Source: Eledone cirrhosa (lineage: Eukaryota). Taken from it: DNA of 64,000 nucleotides. Within the stretch, counting starts at the first letter, position 1. Every line of letters begins with the position of its first letter. The notes beneath the pieces are model-generated. The model did no database searches. It was not told where the DNA came from and worked only from the letters and a program-made list of their open reading frames with translations. Position numbers and translations under genes: made by a program. Shown in pieces: positions 1 through 14,344 of the stretch. The DNA lies in contig OZ024747.1 of NCBI GenBank assembly GCA_964016885.1, forward strand, positions 4,712,001 through 4,776,000. Direction: 5' to 3'.

Positions 1-654
1 CATACACACAAAAACACATACATACATTTATACATACATATGCACACAAACTAATCTACAACACATACACACATACACACATACATAGCTATTCTCACAC
101 AGTCACATGCAAACTGGTTGTAACTATTTTCAAATTTCTGACTCTTATTTTCACTAACTGCTTAGAATGACTTCTCCTCTATAAAAGGAACTCCAACTCC
201 TACTCCACCTTAAGCCCCCACTCCACCTTAACCCTAATATTATTGCCCCTTCCCTCCTGTTTCTACCATCGTTATATAGTATTACAATCTGTTGTTGAAA
301 TACTACCCAAATAAGCTGAGACAGTCGCTGCTCTATTCCAAGGTCTTCTTCTTTGCAGTCCATTATCAATTCGATTTTTCTACGGCTTCCTTTTTTCATT
401 CCTTCTATTCTAATTTATAATGTATCATCATCATCATTGTCATCATCCCTGCTCCAACTATCATTACAACCATCGCCACAACCACCTCCACCACAACACC
501 ACCAGAGTCACTGAAACCCCTACATTCGTCGTCATCGCCCCCATTGACATCACTGAAACCACCTCAACCAACACCACCACCACCATCAACAAGAATGACA
601 ACATACACACCGCCACTAACACCCCCAGCACAAACAAAGTCACCATCATACTCC

Positions 655-1102
655 ACCATACCATACCATACTACACTATACCATACCACACCATACCACA
701 CCATACTACACTATACCATACCACATCATACCACACCATACCACACTATACCATACCATACCACACCATACTACACTATACCATACCACATCATACCACA
801 CCATACCACACTATACCATACCATACCACACCATACTACACTATACCATACCACATCATACCACACCATACCACACTATACCATACCATACCACACCATA
901 CTACACTATACCATACCACATCATACCACACCATACCACACTATACCATACCACACCATACCACACCATACTACACTATACCATACCACATCATACCACA
1001 CCATACCACACTATACCATACCATACCACACCATACTACACTATACCATACCACACCATACCACACTATACCATACCACACCACATTATAGCATACCACA
1101 CC
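655..1102. repeat. (ACCAT/ACCAC/ACTAT)n pentamer satellite
   Basis: Directly visible. Confidence 0.9.
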
Positions 1103-1216
1103 AGACAATATATATAGGAAATAACACAAGAAATAATGGTAGAACATTCCCATCCAAACCTCCCTTAAATACAAATATAACTGACTCGAATTGAATGATT
1201 GGAATACAACAGAAAA

Positions 1217-1833
1217 ATATGTAGTCTCACAGAAGACCGCTACCCTGTAGATATGTAGTCTCACAGCAGACCGCTACCCTGTATATATGTAGTCTCACAG
1301 AAGACCGCTACCCTGTATATATGTAGTCTCACAGAAGACCGCTACCCTGTAGATATGTAGTCTCACAGAAGACCGCTACCCTGTAGATATGTAGTCTCAC
1401 AGAAGACCGCTACCCTGTATATATGTAGTCTCACAGAAGACCGCTACCCTGTAGATATGTAGTCTCACAGCAGACCGCTACCCTGTATATATGTAGTCTC
1501 ACAGCAGACCGCTACCCTGTATATATGTAGTCTCACAGCAGACCGCTACCCTGTATATATGTAGTCTCACAGAAGACCGCTACCCTGTATATATGTAGTC
1601 TCACAGAAGACCGCTACCCTGTAGATATGTAGTCTCACAGAAGACCGCTACCCTGTAGATATGTAGTCTCACAGAAGACCGCTACCCTGTAGATATGTAG
1701 TCTCACAGAAGACCGCTACCCTGTAGATATGTAGTCTCACAGAAGACCGCTACCCTGTAGATATGTAGTCTCACAGAAGACCGCTACCCTGTAGATATGT
1801 AGTCTCACAGAAGACCGCTACCCCGTAGATATG
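1217..1833. repeat. 34-bp minisatellite, ~18 copies (ATATGTAGTCTCACAGAAGACCGCTACCCTGTAG)
   Basis: Period 34 (1217, 1251, ...), with only a few variant positions. Confidence 0.95.
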
Positions 1834-1959
1834 GACATTTCTGTGGAAATATGTGACTAAAAAGGAATATTTACAGACGACTGATTCAAAATGTACAGCT
1901 TCTTTTCTTCGTATTTTTCTTACCTCTCACCATATTGCAGTTTTAGTGGTCTTATTCGC

Positions 1960-2260
1960 GCCAGTCTCCAATCTGGTATTTTCTCAAACCCATGAGAACT
2001 AGGCTACATTAAGGGGTTGTGAGAGTTTTCTTGGGAGCTACAGGTGCCACCCATTGCTCCATCTCCGCTAGTATTTTACCGCTGTTGGTCTTGGGTTGCT
2101 TTCCGTCCGGCCGGAGCCCGCTTATAACGCAACTAATCAGAATATCTGGTGAGCATATCGCTATCTTCTACCTGCGACCTAATCTCTAACAGAAAAACTC
2201 TGCTTCTCAACCCCACATTTATACAGTTATTTATTGTTCCACTTATCTACGTTGGTAAAT
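1960..2260 (+). promoter_or_regulatory. Candidate promoter / non-coding first exon of the protocadherin
   Basis: The large exon has an acceptor upstream of its ATG, so a 5' exon must exist. This CpG-richer unique patch has CCAAT (1968), TTATAA (2122) and donor-like CTG|GTGAGC (2149) and TTG|GTAAAT (2255). Circumstantial only. Confidence 0.25.
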
Positions 2261-3360
2261 GTTTAAGTGATCATGTGGAAAAGCGAAGGTTTTCAAGCCC
2301 TTTGTAAATACAATAACTTAACAGAGAATAAGACAGGAGAGTTTCTCAAGTTAAACATGGAACACTTGTCCCTTTTGCTGTCCACATTCTAGCAACAGAG
2401 CTTCGTTTCTTTGTTACAACTCCGCTTCTTCGAGAAAGAATTCAAATAATTATAAAAATAAAACGACACACAGACAGACATTTGAGTTTACTGCAATGGT
2501 GTATGACATATACACACAACTATATACAAACATATGACATATACACGCTATATATGAACATATGGCATATACACACACTCACTCATCCACACACATGAAT
2601 GGTAATTACTGGTATGCATATAAACACACGTATAGTAAAGAGACTCGTACATACACATACATATCTCTACATACACCTACATATATCTACATACACATAC
2701 ATATATCTACATACACATACATATATCTACATACACATACATACAGCTACATACACCTACATATATCTACATACACACACATATATCTTCATACAGCTAC
2801 ATATATCTACATACACATACATTTATCTACATACACATACATTTATCTACATACACATACATATATCTACATACACCTACATACAGCTACATACACCTAC
2901 ATACAGCTACATACACCTACATACACCCACATATATCTATATACACACACATATATCTTCATACACCCACATATATCTACATACACCTACATATATCTTC
3001 ATACAGCTACATATATCTACATACAGCTACATATATCTACATACACCTACATATATCTACACACACACACATATATCTACATACAGCTACATACAGCTAC
3101 ATATATCTACATACACCTACATATATCTACATATATATATACACGCTAACTTACATAGTCCCAGATCCATGTAACTATATTTATTCAAAGAAATAAAAAC
3201 TCTTGTCACCTCCAGAATCTTGTCCGACTCCATTGCTGTACAGAAGTTAAATAATTCTTAAAAAACAAACTAAAAAAGAAAAAAATACATACTACATCCA
3301 CCTATACATACATATACACACACACATATATATATATATATACATACATACATATATACA

Positions 3361-3580
3361 TGATGGCTGCCCCCTCGTTATCGAGTATGGCCATTGCACG
3401 ATATACCATTATCAATAATTATTAATTAATTCTATCGTGCAATGCCTGTGCGTGAAGATATTTTTTAAAGTGAGGAAAGCCTGTGCACTGAGCCAATCCC
3501 ACTCTCTGAGCGACAGTAGCCATAACCCGAAAAGAAGAAAGGATCAACATCATCGGTAACTACTGAGCCGCAGGTTTTAT
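3361..3580. mobile_element. Dispersed repeat; inverted copy at ~45765-45982
   Basis: ctgccccctcgttatcgagtatggccattgcacgatat...tatcgtgcaatgcctgtgcgtgaaga...catcggtaactactgagccgca matches the reverse complement of 45765-45982. Confidence 0.75.
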
Positions 3581-3720
3581 ATCGGAGTTATCCCAGTACA
3601 TACATATATACATATACACACATACATACATGCATACATACATACATACATATACACACATACATACATACATTCATGTGTACATGCATACACACATACA
3701 TACATGCATACATACATACA

Positions 3721-3752
<32 letters not shown>

Positions 3753-4461
3753 CACATATACGTACATACATTCATGTGTACATGCATACACACACACACA
3801 TACATACATACATAGATTCATGCATGCATACATCCATATATACATACATATACGTACATACATTCATGTGTACATGCATACACACACACATACATACATA
3901 CATACATGCATACATCCATATATACATACATACATGCATACATGCATACATATACGTACATACATTCATGTGTACATGCATACACACACACATACATACA
4001 TACATACATTCATACATGCATACATCCATATATACATACATACATGCATGCATACATATACACATACATATGTACATACACACATACCTATATATATATA
4101 CATACATAAATACAAATTTGGAAGCACATATAATAGACACACACCCTTGGATGTCATTAGAATGGGTGCCACGCCAGACCCCACTCTCTACTTACCCCCA
4201 CACCTCACCCACTCCTCGCCCCACCCCCACCCCACACCTCACCCACCCCACCCACTGACCACTGTTCATAAATTCTCTATTTACTCTGGTCTAAACATAT
4301 TCGACACAACTGTCTGTACAGTTGCTATAGTAACACTTAGCAGATCACTTTAATGGCGACTAACATGGAGCAGAATGAACACAATACACACAATAACAAC
4401 ATATTATACACTTACACACATACACACACAACACACACACACAATACACACAACACACACA

Positions 4462-4494
<33 letters not shown>

Positions 4495-4610
4495 CACATG
4501 CAAACAGAGAGGCAAAGACAAACAAAATACACACGCGTATATACATTTATACACTCATATACACTCACTCATGTAAACTAGGACTCACACACATACACAT
4601 ACATACACAC

Positions 4611-4685
<75 letters not shown>

Positions 4686-4726
4686 GGCTGGAACAGGTAA
4701 AAGAGTAAAAGAATATATATATATAC

Positions 4727-4797
<71 letters not shown>

Positions 4798-4811
4798 TAT
4801 TAAGTTGTTAA

Positions 4812-5160
4812 ACAATATTCGATGATTATGTCAAAGAGTGAGTTTTACAGTAGATTGGAAGCACTCAACGGCAAATAATTTTCAGGAGTTATTAACATAA
4901 GTATTAATAAAATGACTACCTTGATTAAATCTTAACCATTTAACATCTCAGGGTATGTCATGTATCATTATATTTTGTCTGATGAGGACGTACTGCTGTA
5001 CATCCGAAATATGTATAATAAAATGTAATTGATCAATAGAACATCTATGGTTGATACTAGTAGTGGGTATGGTGAATAACTCCTGCTGAAAATTATTTCT
5101 CGGTGAGTGCTTCCAATCTACTGTAAAACTCACTCTTTGACAGAATGCATCGAAGATTGT
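4812..5160 (+). mobile_element. Small element with ~80-bp terminal inverted arms and an internal hammerhead ribozyme
   Basis: tgtcaaagagtgagttttacagtagattggaagcactca (4829-4867) is inverted at 5104-5142. Adjacent to (TA)n. Confidence 0.75.
4967..5029 (+). ncRNA. Type I hammerhead ribozyme (short stem III)
   Basis: attatattttgt-CTGATGA-ggacgtac tgct gtacatcc-GAAA-t atgt-ATA^-ataaaatgtaat. Stem I 12 bp with 2 G-U pairs; stem II 7/8 bp. Confidence 0.75.
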
Positions 5161-5399
5161 GGGGGGTTCACTTAGGTTGTAGGTATAGTATAGATAGTAT
5201 TATATATATATATGTGTGTGAGTGTATGAGGTGTGTGTGTGTGGGTAGAGTGTGAGTGTACAGAGTAGAGTGTGAGTATGTAGAGTGTGTAGTATGAGTG
5301 TAGAGTGAGTGTAGAGGTGAGTGTAGTTGTATAGTGTATAGTGAGTATTTGTATATATATATATATATTATATGAGTGAGTAGTGAGTAGTGTATATAG

Positions 5400-6155
<756 letters not shown>

Positions 6156-6651
6156 GAAAAGGCGACAAAATAATGATAATGAAGATGTAGGAAAAATATA
6201 AAGTAGGAGGAAGGTGAGTTCAGGGAGTGGGGAGAGAAAGAGGAGGAAGAGGTGGCAGAGGGGGAGGAAAGGGGAAGGGGAGGAGGGAGTAAACTTTAAT
6301 TATAGAAATTCTCAATAAATATGATCATTGTTAAATTTCAGAATCTATTAACGATGCATTCAGAATTTAATTAACTGCAGATTAGACATTTAGAAGGAGA
6401 GAAGGAAAGAAAGTATGAATGAAGGAATGAAGGAATGAAGGAATAAAGGAAGGAATGAAGGAATGAACTGAATGAATATTCTGAAAGGAAATAAATGTGA
6501 TGTATTTTAATGAAGATTCTATAGGAAAATAATAATATTAATAATATATATATGAATATATATATATATATATATAATGTAAATGTATATATATGTATAT
6601 ATGTATATATATATGCATATATATATATATATGTATATATATATGTATATA

Positions 6652-6683
<32 letters not shown>

Positions 6684-6911
6684 AAGTATATGTATATATA
6701 TGTATATATGTATATATATATGCATATATATATATATGTATATATATATATGTATATATATATGTATATATATATATATGTATATATGTATATATGTGTA
6801 TATATATGCATATATATATGTATATATATATATGATAATATATGTATATATATATATGTATATATGTATATATATATATGCATATATATATATGTATATA
6901 TATATAAATGT

Positions 6912-6944
<33 letters not shown>

Positions 6945-7130
6945 AAGTATGTATATATATATATATATGTATATATATATGCATATATATATATATGTAT
7001 ATATATATAAATGTATATATATATATATGTATATATGTTTATATATATATATATATCATATATATATATATATATTTAGTTTTAAAGGAATATATATTAA
7101 TAATAATAATAATAATGATAATAATTATAT

Positions 7131-7234
<104 letters not shown>

Positions 7235-7240
7235 ATATAC

Positions 7241-7282
<42 letters not shown>

Positions 7283-7479
7283 ATTCCTACGTAGAACTTA
7301 GATTAGTTTGTCCAACTAAGAATGAAAGTATTAAAACTTAAGCTCTATAATCTTTCTGCTACTAAATCTATGTTCAACGTGGCTCCTTAAAACTGGAGTA
7401 GGATGTAGAGAAAAAGAAGAGAATGAGAGCAAGGGTAAGCTGGTCGTTGTAATGGAGTAGTCATGGTGATAGAGGACTT

Positions 7480-7762
7480 TAAAGTCTAAAGTCTGTCTCG
7501 TTCCTGGAGGCTTATCAGACCGGTGCTTATCCCCGTTTCCGTGGCGGGAAGCAACTGCAAGTACATGACTTCCCCCTGGACAAGACGCCAGTCCATTGCA
7601 GGGTTAAACCGTCAACTATTGCTGGTACTCATTTCAGCTGAGGATACTTGAGCAACGTAAAATGAAGTGTTTTGTTCGAGAACACGAAACACAACCCAGT
7701 CCAGGAATTGAAGCCATGACATTAGAATCGTAAAACCAACAGACTTACCACTAGGTCACGTC
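7480..7762 (-). mobile_element. tRNA-derived SINE (degraded)
   Basis: The reverse complement begins cgtgacctagtggtaag...ttcaattcctggactggg (A/B-box-like), followed by a ...aacacttcattttacgttgctc...ctcagctg..aatgagt core shared with 15845 and 25605. Confidence 0.6.
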
Positions 7763-7988
7763 CCTAAAGGTTTAGGTACAAATAATTAATTCATGTATGA
7801 AAGTTGAACCGATGGAGCGCCAGGGTGTCAGTTGACCCAGCTACACCACTGTTATTTCAGTGATTTGCTGTGACCATGAAAAACCATGAAAAATCATCCT
7901 CTGCTCTTTATATATTTCTATCACATTGTATCGGCTTTTTAAAAACTTATCGGTCTTTTGTTACAGCTTTCACAATGTTTCCTATTAC

Positions 7989-8188
7989 NNNNNNNNNNNN
8001 NNNNNNNNNNNNNNNNNNNNNNNNNNNNNNNNNNNNNNNNNNNNNNNNNNNNNNNNNNNNNNNNNNNNNNNNNNNNNNNNNNNNNNNNNNNNNNNNNNNN
8101 NNNNNNNNNNNNNNNNNNNNNNNNNNNNNNNNNNNNNNNNNNNNNNNNNNNNNNNNNNNNNNNNNNNNNNNNNNNNNNNNNNNNNNNN
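7989..8188. other. Assembly gap (200 N)
   Basis: Run of N. Confidence 1.
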
Positions 8189-8935
8189 TGGTGGTGCTGG
8201 TGGTGTTGGTGGCGGTGCTGGTGGTGGCGGTGCTGGTGGTGCTGTTGATGGTAGTGGTGGTGGTAGTGGTGGTGGTGGTGGTATTGGTAAGGGGTGAGTG
8301 GTGGTGGCGATGGTGGTGGTGGCGGTGCTGGTGGTGGCGGTGCTGGTGGTGCTGTTGATGGTAGTGGTGGTGGTGGTGGTGCTGTTGGTGTTGGTGGCGG
8401 TGCTGGTGGTGGCGGTGCTGGTGGTAGTGGTGAGTGGTGGTGGTGGTGGTGGTGGTGGTGGTGCTGTTGATGGTAGTGGTGGTGGTGGTGGTGCTGGTGC
8501 TGGTGGTGCTGTTGATAGTAGTGGTGGTGGTGCTGGTGCTGGTGGTGTTGGTGGCGGTGCTGGTGGTGGCGGTGCTGGTGGTGCTGTTGATGGTAGTGGT
8601 GGTGGTAGTGGTGGTGGTGGTGGTATTGGTAAGGGGTGAGTGGTGGTGGCGATGGTGGTGGTGGCGGTGCTGGTGGTGGCGGTGCTGGTGGTGCTGTTGA
8701 TGGTAGTGGTGGTGGTGTCGGTGGTGGTGGTGGTGGTGGTGTTGGTGGCGGTGATAGTGGTGGGGTGGTGGTGCTGTTGATGGTAGTGTGCTGTTGATGG
8801 TAGTGGTGGTGGTGTTGATGGTAGTGGTGGTGGTAGTGGTGGTAATGTATAGTGGTGGTGGTGGTGGCGATGGCGGTAATGATTATTGTGTGTAGTGGTG
8901 ATGGTGATGGCAGTTGTGTTGGTGGTGGTGTTGGT
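8189..8935. repeat. (GGT)n-rich low-complexity repeat
   Basis: Directly visible; similar tracts at 23985-24260, 39305-39560 and 52210-52855. Confidence 0.9.
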
Positions 8936-9160
8936 TGTATAATACAAGAAATGAGTTGGTTTGTGATATTTACATATTCAGAATTCCCTCCAAACTTTTC
9001 CATGTATAGTATGTGCCTACTCACTTTTAATGACTCTACCATATCTCATGTTTGTTGTTTACATAGCATTATAATGTCTAAATATCTTTTGTTTGTTCGT
9101 TCTTCCTTGATAATTCTCTTTGGGTTTTGTATGTTTATTATTTGAATCAGTTGTCATTAA

Positions 9161-9220
<60 letters not shown>

Positions 9221-9242
9221 GTTGTTGTTGTTGTTGTTCTAT

Positions 9243-9884
9243 AAGTCTCAGTCATTGATGTTAGTTAACTGGAAAGTTTGTTGAAATGAATATCAAGCCA
9301 CTACCTGCAGCCTCAGATATTCAGGACGTATCGGAGAGTTCTTGCTGTTCCCAGCAAGCATGCCTTTTGAAGTGTTCCAAAAAGCGGGGCTGGACTAATT
9401 TTCTTTAACCATCCTGGGAAACTCTTTGAGATAGTACCTAGTGCACCTATGACAATCGGGACGAATCTGACTTCATGGCAGTTCCAAATCCTTTTTACCT
9501 CCCACTTTAAGTCCTGGTATCGGTTAATTTTCTCCCTCTCCTTTTCTTGCACTCTCGTGTCAAATGGGCAGGCCACATCTACAATCAGGCACAATCTTTT
9601 TTCCTTGTCCAAAACCACCAGGTCAGGCCTATTGTGTTCCAGTTTCTTATCCGTCTGTATCCTAAAATCCCATAGCACCTTCACCTGATCGTTTTCTATC
9701 ACCGACTTTGGCTTAAGCTCATACCACTTCTCAGAATGTGGTAAATTGTTTACTTTGCATAGGTGCCAGTGGATCACCCTGCCCATCACATCATGTCTCC
9801 AGCCTTTATAGTGAGTCTGGGCTAGGTGTTTACACTCGGATACAATGTGAGCCACAATCTCCTCTCTCCACAGATCCTACACAG
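9243..9884 (-). mobile_element. 5'-truncated R4/Dong-like non-LTR retrotransposon (CCHC + restriction-like endonuclease C-terminus)
   Basis: ORF 9313-9855: HIVSEC..LAQTHYKGWRHD...LWDFRIQTDKKLEHNRPDLVV...DVACPFD...EKINRYQDL...PIVIGALG. Flanked by (TAA)n. Confidence 0.85.
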
Positions 9885-9921
9885 TATTATTATTATTATT
9901 ATTATTGTTATTGTTATTCCT

Positions 9922-10172
9922 TGAATCTCAGTCATTGATGTTGGTTAACTGGAAAGTCCGTTGGATTGAATATCAAGCCACTACCTGCAGCCTCAGATAT
10001 TCAGGACGTATCGGAGGGTTCTTGCTGTTCCAAGCAAGCATGCCTTTTGAAGCGTTCCAAAAAGCGTGAAGGGGCCGATTTTCTTTAACCATCCCTGGAA
10101 ACTTTTGGAGATAGTCCCCAGTGCGCCTATGACAATCGGGATCACTTTGACTTCATGGCAGTTCCAAATCCT
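9922..10172 (-). mobile_element. Second, shorter 3' fragment of the same R4/Dong-like element
   Basis: RIWNCHEVKVIPIVIGALGTISKSFQGWLKKI...LRYVLNI* with the same 3'UTR; embedded in (TAA)n. Confidence 0.85.
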
Positions 10173-10194
10173 ATTATTATTATTATTATTATTA

Positions 10195-10244
<50 letters not shown>

Positions 10245-10990
10245 GTTGTTGTTGCGGTATTTTTCATTAATTTCTATTGTACATATACACACACAAATAC
10301 ATACACGCGTGCACTTACACTCAGGTATATATATATGTGTGTGTGTGGGTGTGTGTGTGTGTGTGTGTGTGTAAACCTTTAATTTTATTTAATTTAATAT
10401 TTTTTGTTTAGTCTGTTTATGTTTTGTCCGTTTGTTTGCTTGATATTTAAAAAAAAAAATTCATAAAAGATTAAATGTAATTTCATGCCTCAATGTCAGG
10501 AACTTGAAAATAAACTCGATAATACCGGAAAACAACGAAACACATGGAAAAAAACATTTCATGTTTTTAAAAATGTATTGTTATGAAAAATACCTGAAGT
10601 ATTAGAGTTCTTTTGAAAAAAGTGAAATTTTAAGATATAAATATAAAGTTATTATTATTATTATTATTATTATTATCATCGTCATCATCATCATCGTCAC
10701 TATCCTTATAATAATTTAAAATCATTCCTGCAAAAATGTTCTCTTCCTCGAAAATATTAACTATACTGAACAAAATAGGAAAGGGGGGGGAAAAACTATT
10801 TTGAAGAATAATAATAAAAACAAAAACATTCTGAAATTGTAATGTTTATTGTGATTTTTTATTTTATTTTATTGTTATTATTTACTATTTCTTTTTTTTT
10901 TTCAGATCCGGCATCCATGAGATACATAAAGGAGTCCTTGTTGAAATTATTTATGTCAATGCTTTTGTGACACTAATTCCGGATAAGAAC

Positions 10991-13396
10991 ATGCTGATAA
11001 AAATCTATGCATTTCTCTTTATGCTAAAGGCATCTTTATGTATAGATCAAACATATTATGTAGAAGAGGGTCAGAACCCTGGGAGTTATATTGGTGATAT
11101 AGCTGCTGATACACATTTAGTTAATGGTGTTCCCTTGAAAGATCATAACCTGTTTTGGTTTCGACAGCTCCAGAGAGGAATAGCGAGCGCGTCAAAGTTG
11201 TTCAATGTTTCTAAAAGTGGGAAGCTTTATACTGCTCAGACATTAGATGCCGAGTCTCTGTGTAAATATAACACTGAGTGTTTCAGAATGGTCGACGTAG
11301 CTGTAAGAAATAAAGAATCGTTTGTGAAGATTTTAGAAATCAAAATTATTATCAAAGATGTTAACGATAATAAACCAGACTTTCAGAACAAAGAATTCCA
11401 CCTGGAATTTACAGAGACAGATATGAAGGGGACAACGAAATTTATTTCGAATGCTATTGACAGAGATGTTGGTGTTTCGAATTCTCAGTTGAAATATCGG
11501 TTAAGAAAGAATATGGCCGAACCATTTACATTGTCTGTTTCCAGGAAACACGATGGTTCTACCGAACTCGGAATTGTTTTGGAAGAGAAACTCGACAGAG
11601 AGTTTAAAGATTCGTATCATGTACAAGTGGTTGCTAACGACGGTGGTTTACCCTCAAAGCAAGGCATATTAGATGTTTCCATATCTGTCGTAGATATCAA
11701 TGATAACAGGCCAGGTTTTAGCCAAAATGTCTACAATATTACAGTAAATAATGGTCATTTAATACGTATTCCTGTAGTTGTATTATCGGCAAAAGATTTG
11801 GATTCCGGCAAAAACGGGCGAATATTCTATTATTTCAGCACCAAGTCATCAGCTCTAGATATTTCTTATTTTGTGCTGAATAAAACATCAGGAGAACTAT
11901 TTTTACATCAGAAGTTTTTCACAGAACCTAAAAAAAGTTACAAGCTGTTGATTGAGGCTCGGGATGAAGGAATACCTCCTCTAAGTTCAACGGCTACAGT
12001 TCTTGTTAACGTCATTAACCAACAAAACAATGCTCCGGGTATAGATATAAACTTTATTTCGCTTTCTACCAATGATGTAGCCTCCATTTTTGAAGGGGTC
12101 AAAGTTAATAGCTTTATCGCTTACGTTAAGGTTACAGACAATGATATTGGTCAGAATGGAGAGGTGACTTGCGAACTTCAGCACGATAAACTCCAACTTC
12201 AAAGTCTTGGGAAAATGAAATATAAAATTGTCATAAAAAGTAATATAGATCGAGAAAATGAAAAGTTTATACATTTTACAATTACATGTCAAGACAACGG
12301 ATCTCCACCTTTGCGAACGACTAAAAATTTCTCCATTCAAGTAATGGATGTCAATGATGTACATCCACAGTTTACTAAAGAAACATTTAAATTTTTAATC
12401 TTCGAAAATGAAGAGCCCAATTTTCCAATTGGCTTCATTAATGCCACTGATCCAGATCTTGATTCTGGCAGTCAACTGACATACTCTTTGTTAAATAACC
12501 AAGGGTATCTTCTTCCTTTTGAAATATCTAATTTTGGCTTTATCTCCACAACTCAGTCACTAGACAGGGAACAACAGGACGTTTATAAATTTAAGGTTTT
12601 AGTCAAAGACAATGGAACTCCTTCGTTGAATAGCACAGCAAATGTTGTGGTTGAAGTCATTGATAAAAATGACAACGCACCATATTTCACATTCCCTAGT
12701 GTAGACCCATTCAATCTAGATGTCCACTATCATCCTCAGAGTAAGAATGACATCACAGCATTGAGAGCCTCTGATAGAGACAGTCATGTCAATGCTTTCC
12801 TCCAATATGAAATACTTGGAGGCAATGACAAACAATTATTTACTGTGAACCTCTACACAGGAGTTTTGTCTTTCTCCCGTCCAGTTTATCAAAATGATGC
12901 AGGATCTTATAACCTCCAGTTTGTGGTGAAAGATAGTGGTGAACCAGTGTTATCTGCAACCAGTACCCTTTCCTTAACCCTTACAGTTAGTAACAAAACA
13001 TCAAAGATGTTTACTGCAGTACACAAACAGTCTGATGATAAAATACATATAAATTTACTGATCATTATGTTAGTAGCTACAGTTATAGTAGCTTTGGTTG
13101 TTGTAATATCAATAACAATTTGTATTGTTAGAAGAAACAATATGAGAAATAACCAATACACAAGCGGTGTTGATGGTTCTAAACTATTTAGTCAAAACAA
13201 TATGTCAGAATATATCTGTGGACAAGTGGTACCACAATATGATGTTCCAGTGACAGTTGTATCTGAACAGGAGCACAACAGGAGTTCCCAGAGTACACTT
13301 TTGCGACAAGACCCTCAGTTAATAAAAAAATCAGGACAAAGCTGGAAAATACCTCCACCCGGAACACAATTACCTAATACCATGCAAGTAGCACAA
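10991..13396 (+). CDS. Protocadherin, large coding exon (signal peptide, 6 cadherin repeats, TM, start of cytoplasmic tail; 802 codons)
   Basis: ORF with signal-like N-terminus (MLIKIYAFLFMLKASLC) and cadherin motifs (LDAE..C..C, DVNDNKP, AIDRD, LDRE, DINDNRP, AKDLD, NQQNNAP, DVNDVHP, ATDPD, DKNDNAP, ASDRD), then a hydrophobic TM (INLLIIMLVATVIVALVVVISITICIV). Polypyrimidine + CAG acceptor ends at 10905; canonical donor CAA|GTAAGT at 13396/13397 (phase 0). Confidence 0.95.
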
Positions 13397-13864
13397 GTAA
13401 GTAGAATAAACATATTCTTCCCTTTAAAAGCTTTCTTTTGTGTTTTTTTGGCCTGCAAAAGAAATTTAGATTTTATATATATTTTAAATTAAATGGTAAG
13501 AATTTTTTAAAAATGTTATTCACGTCAATTTGGGAAGAAACAACAAGAGGCTGACTTCCTGAACTAGATCTAGGCATGCAATCCTATCGATCCCCATCAA
13601 CAGTTCATGACTCAGAAAGAGGCTTGTTGCTCTATTCTTGTCTCAAATTGGTGATTATTTCTTTGATGATGTTCTTTTCTATTAGAAATCTACTTCATTT
13701 GAAAATACAAACTGGTTCTAGAGGACGAAAGTTATATTTTTAACGATATTTTTAAATTCGTCCAAGCAGCTGATGACTAATTCTCACATTTGATCGCTCT
13801 TACAATCTGGCCAGGCGGTCAAAATTGGGCCTTGATACCTTAGCTAGCGCATTTGTTCCGTGTA

Positions 13865-14005
<141 letters not shown>

Positions 14006-14125
14006 AATCTAGTGTAATACGACTCACAACTTAGCCATAATAAAGGAATATATATATATATATGTGTGTGTGTGTATATATATATATAATATATATATAT
14101 ATAAATAAATAAATAAATAAATATA

Positions 14126-14161
<36 letters not shown>

Positions 14162-14300
14162 ATATATATATACACACAATTACGAGAGTGCGATGTTTTT
14201 TCTGAAACATGGGAAATTGTTCTTCACAAAGGCATACTAGCAACTTAAGTAATTTCATTGATCAACAGCTCACCAGTAGATACTTCTCCATATACATTAA

Positions 14301-14344
<44 letters not shown>

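Noticed and set aside
1217-1833. 34-bp (also 55- and 51-bp) repeats as CRISPR arrays
   Set aside because: No unique spacers, no cas genes, eukaryotic context.
13397-13492. C-terminal VSRINIFF...YILN of the 841-aa ORF and its GTG start at 10967
   Set aside because: A perfect GTAAGT donor at 13397 and phase-compatible downstream exons indicate intron read-through. The eukaryotic start is ATG 10991.
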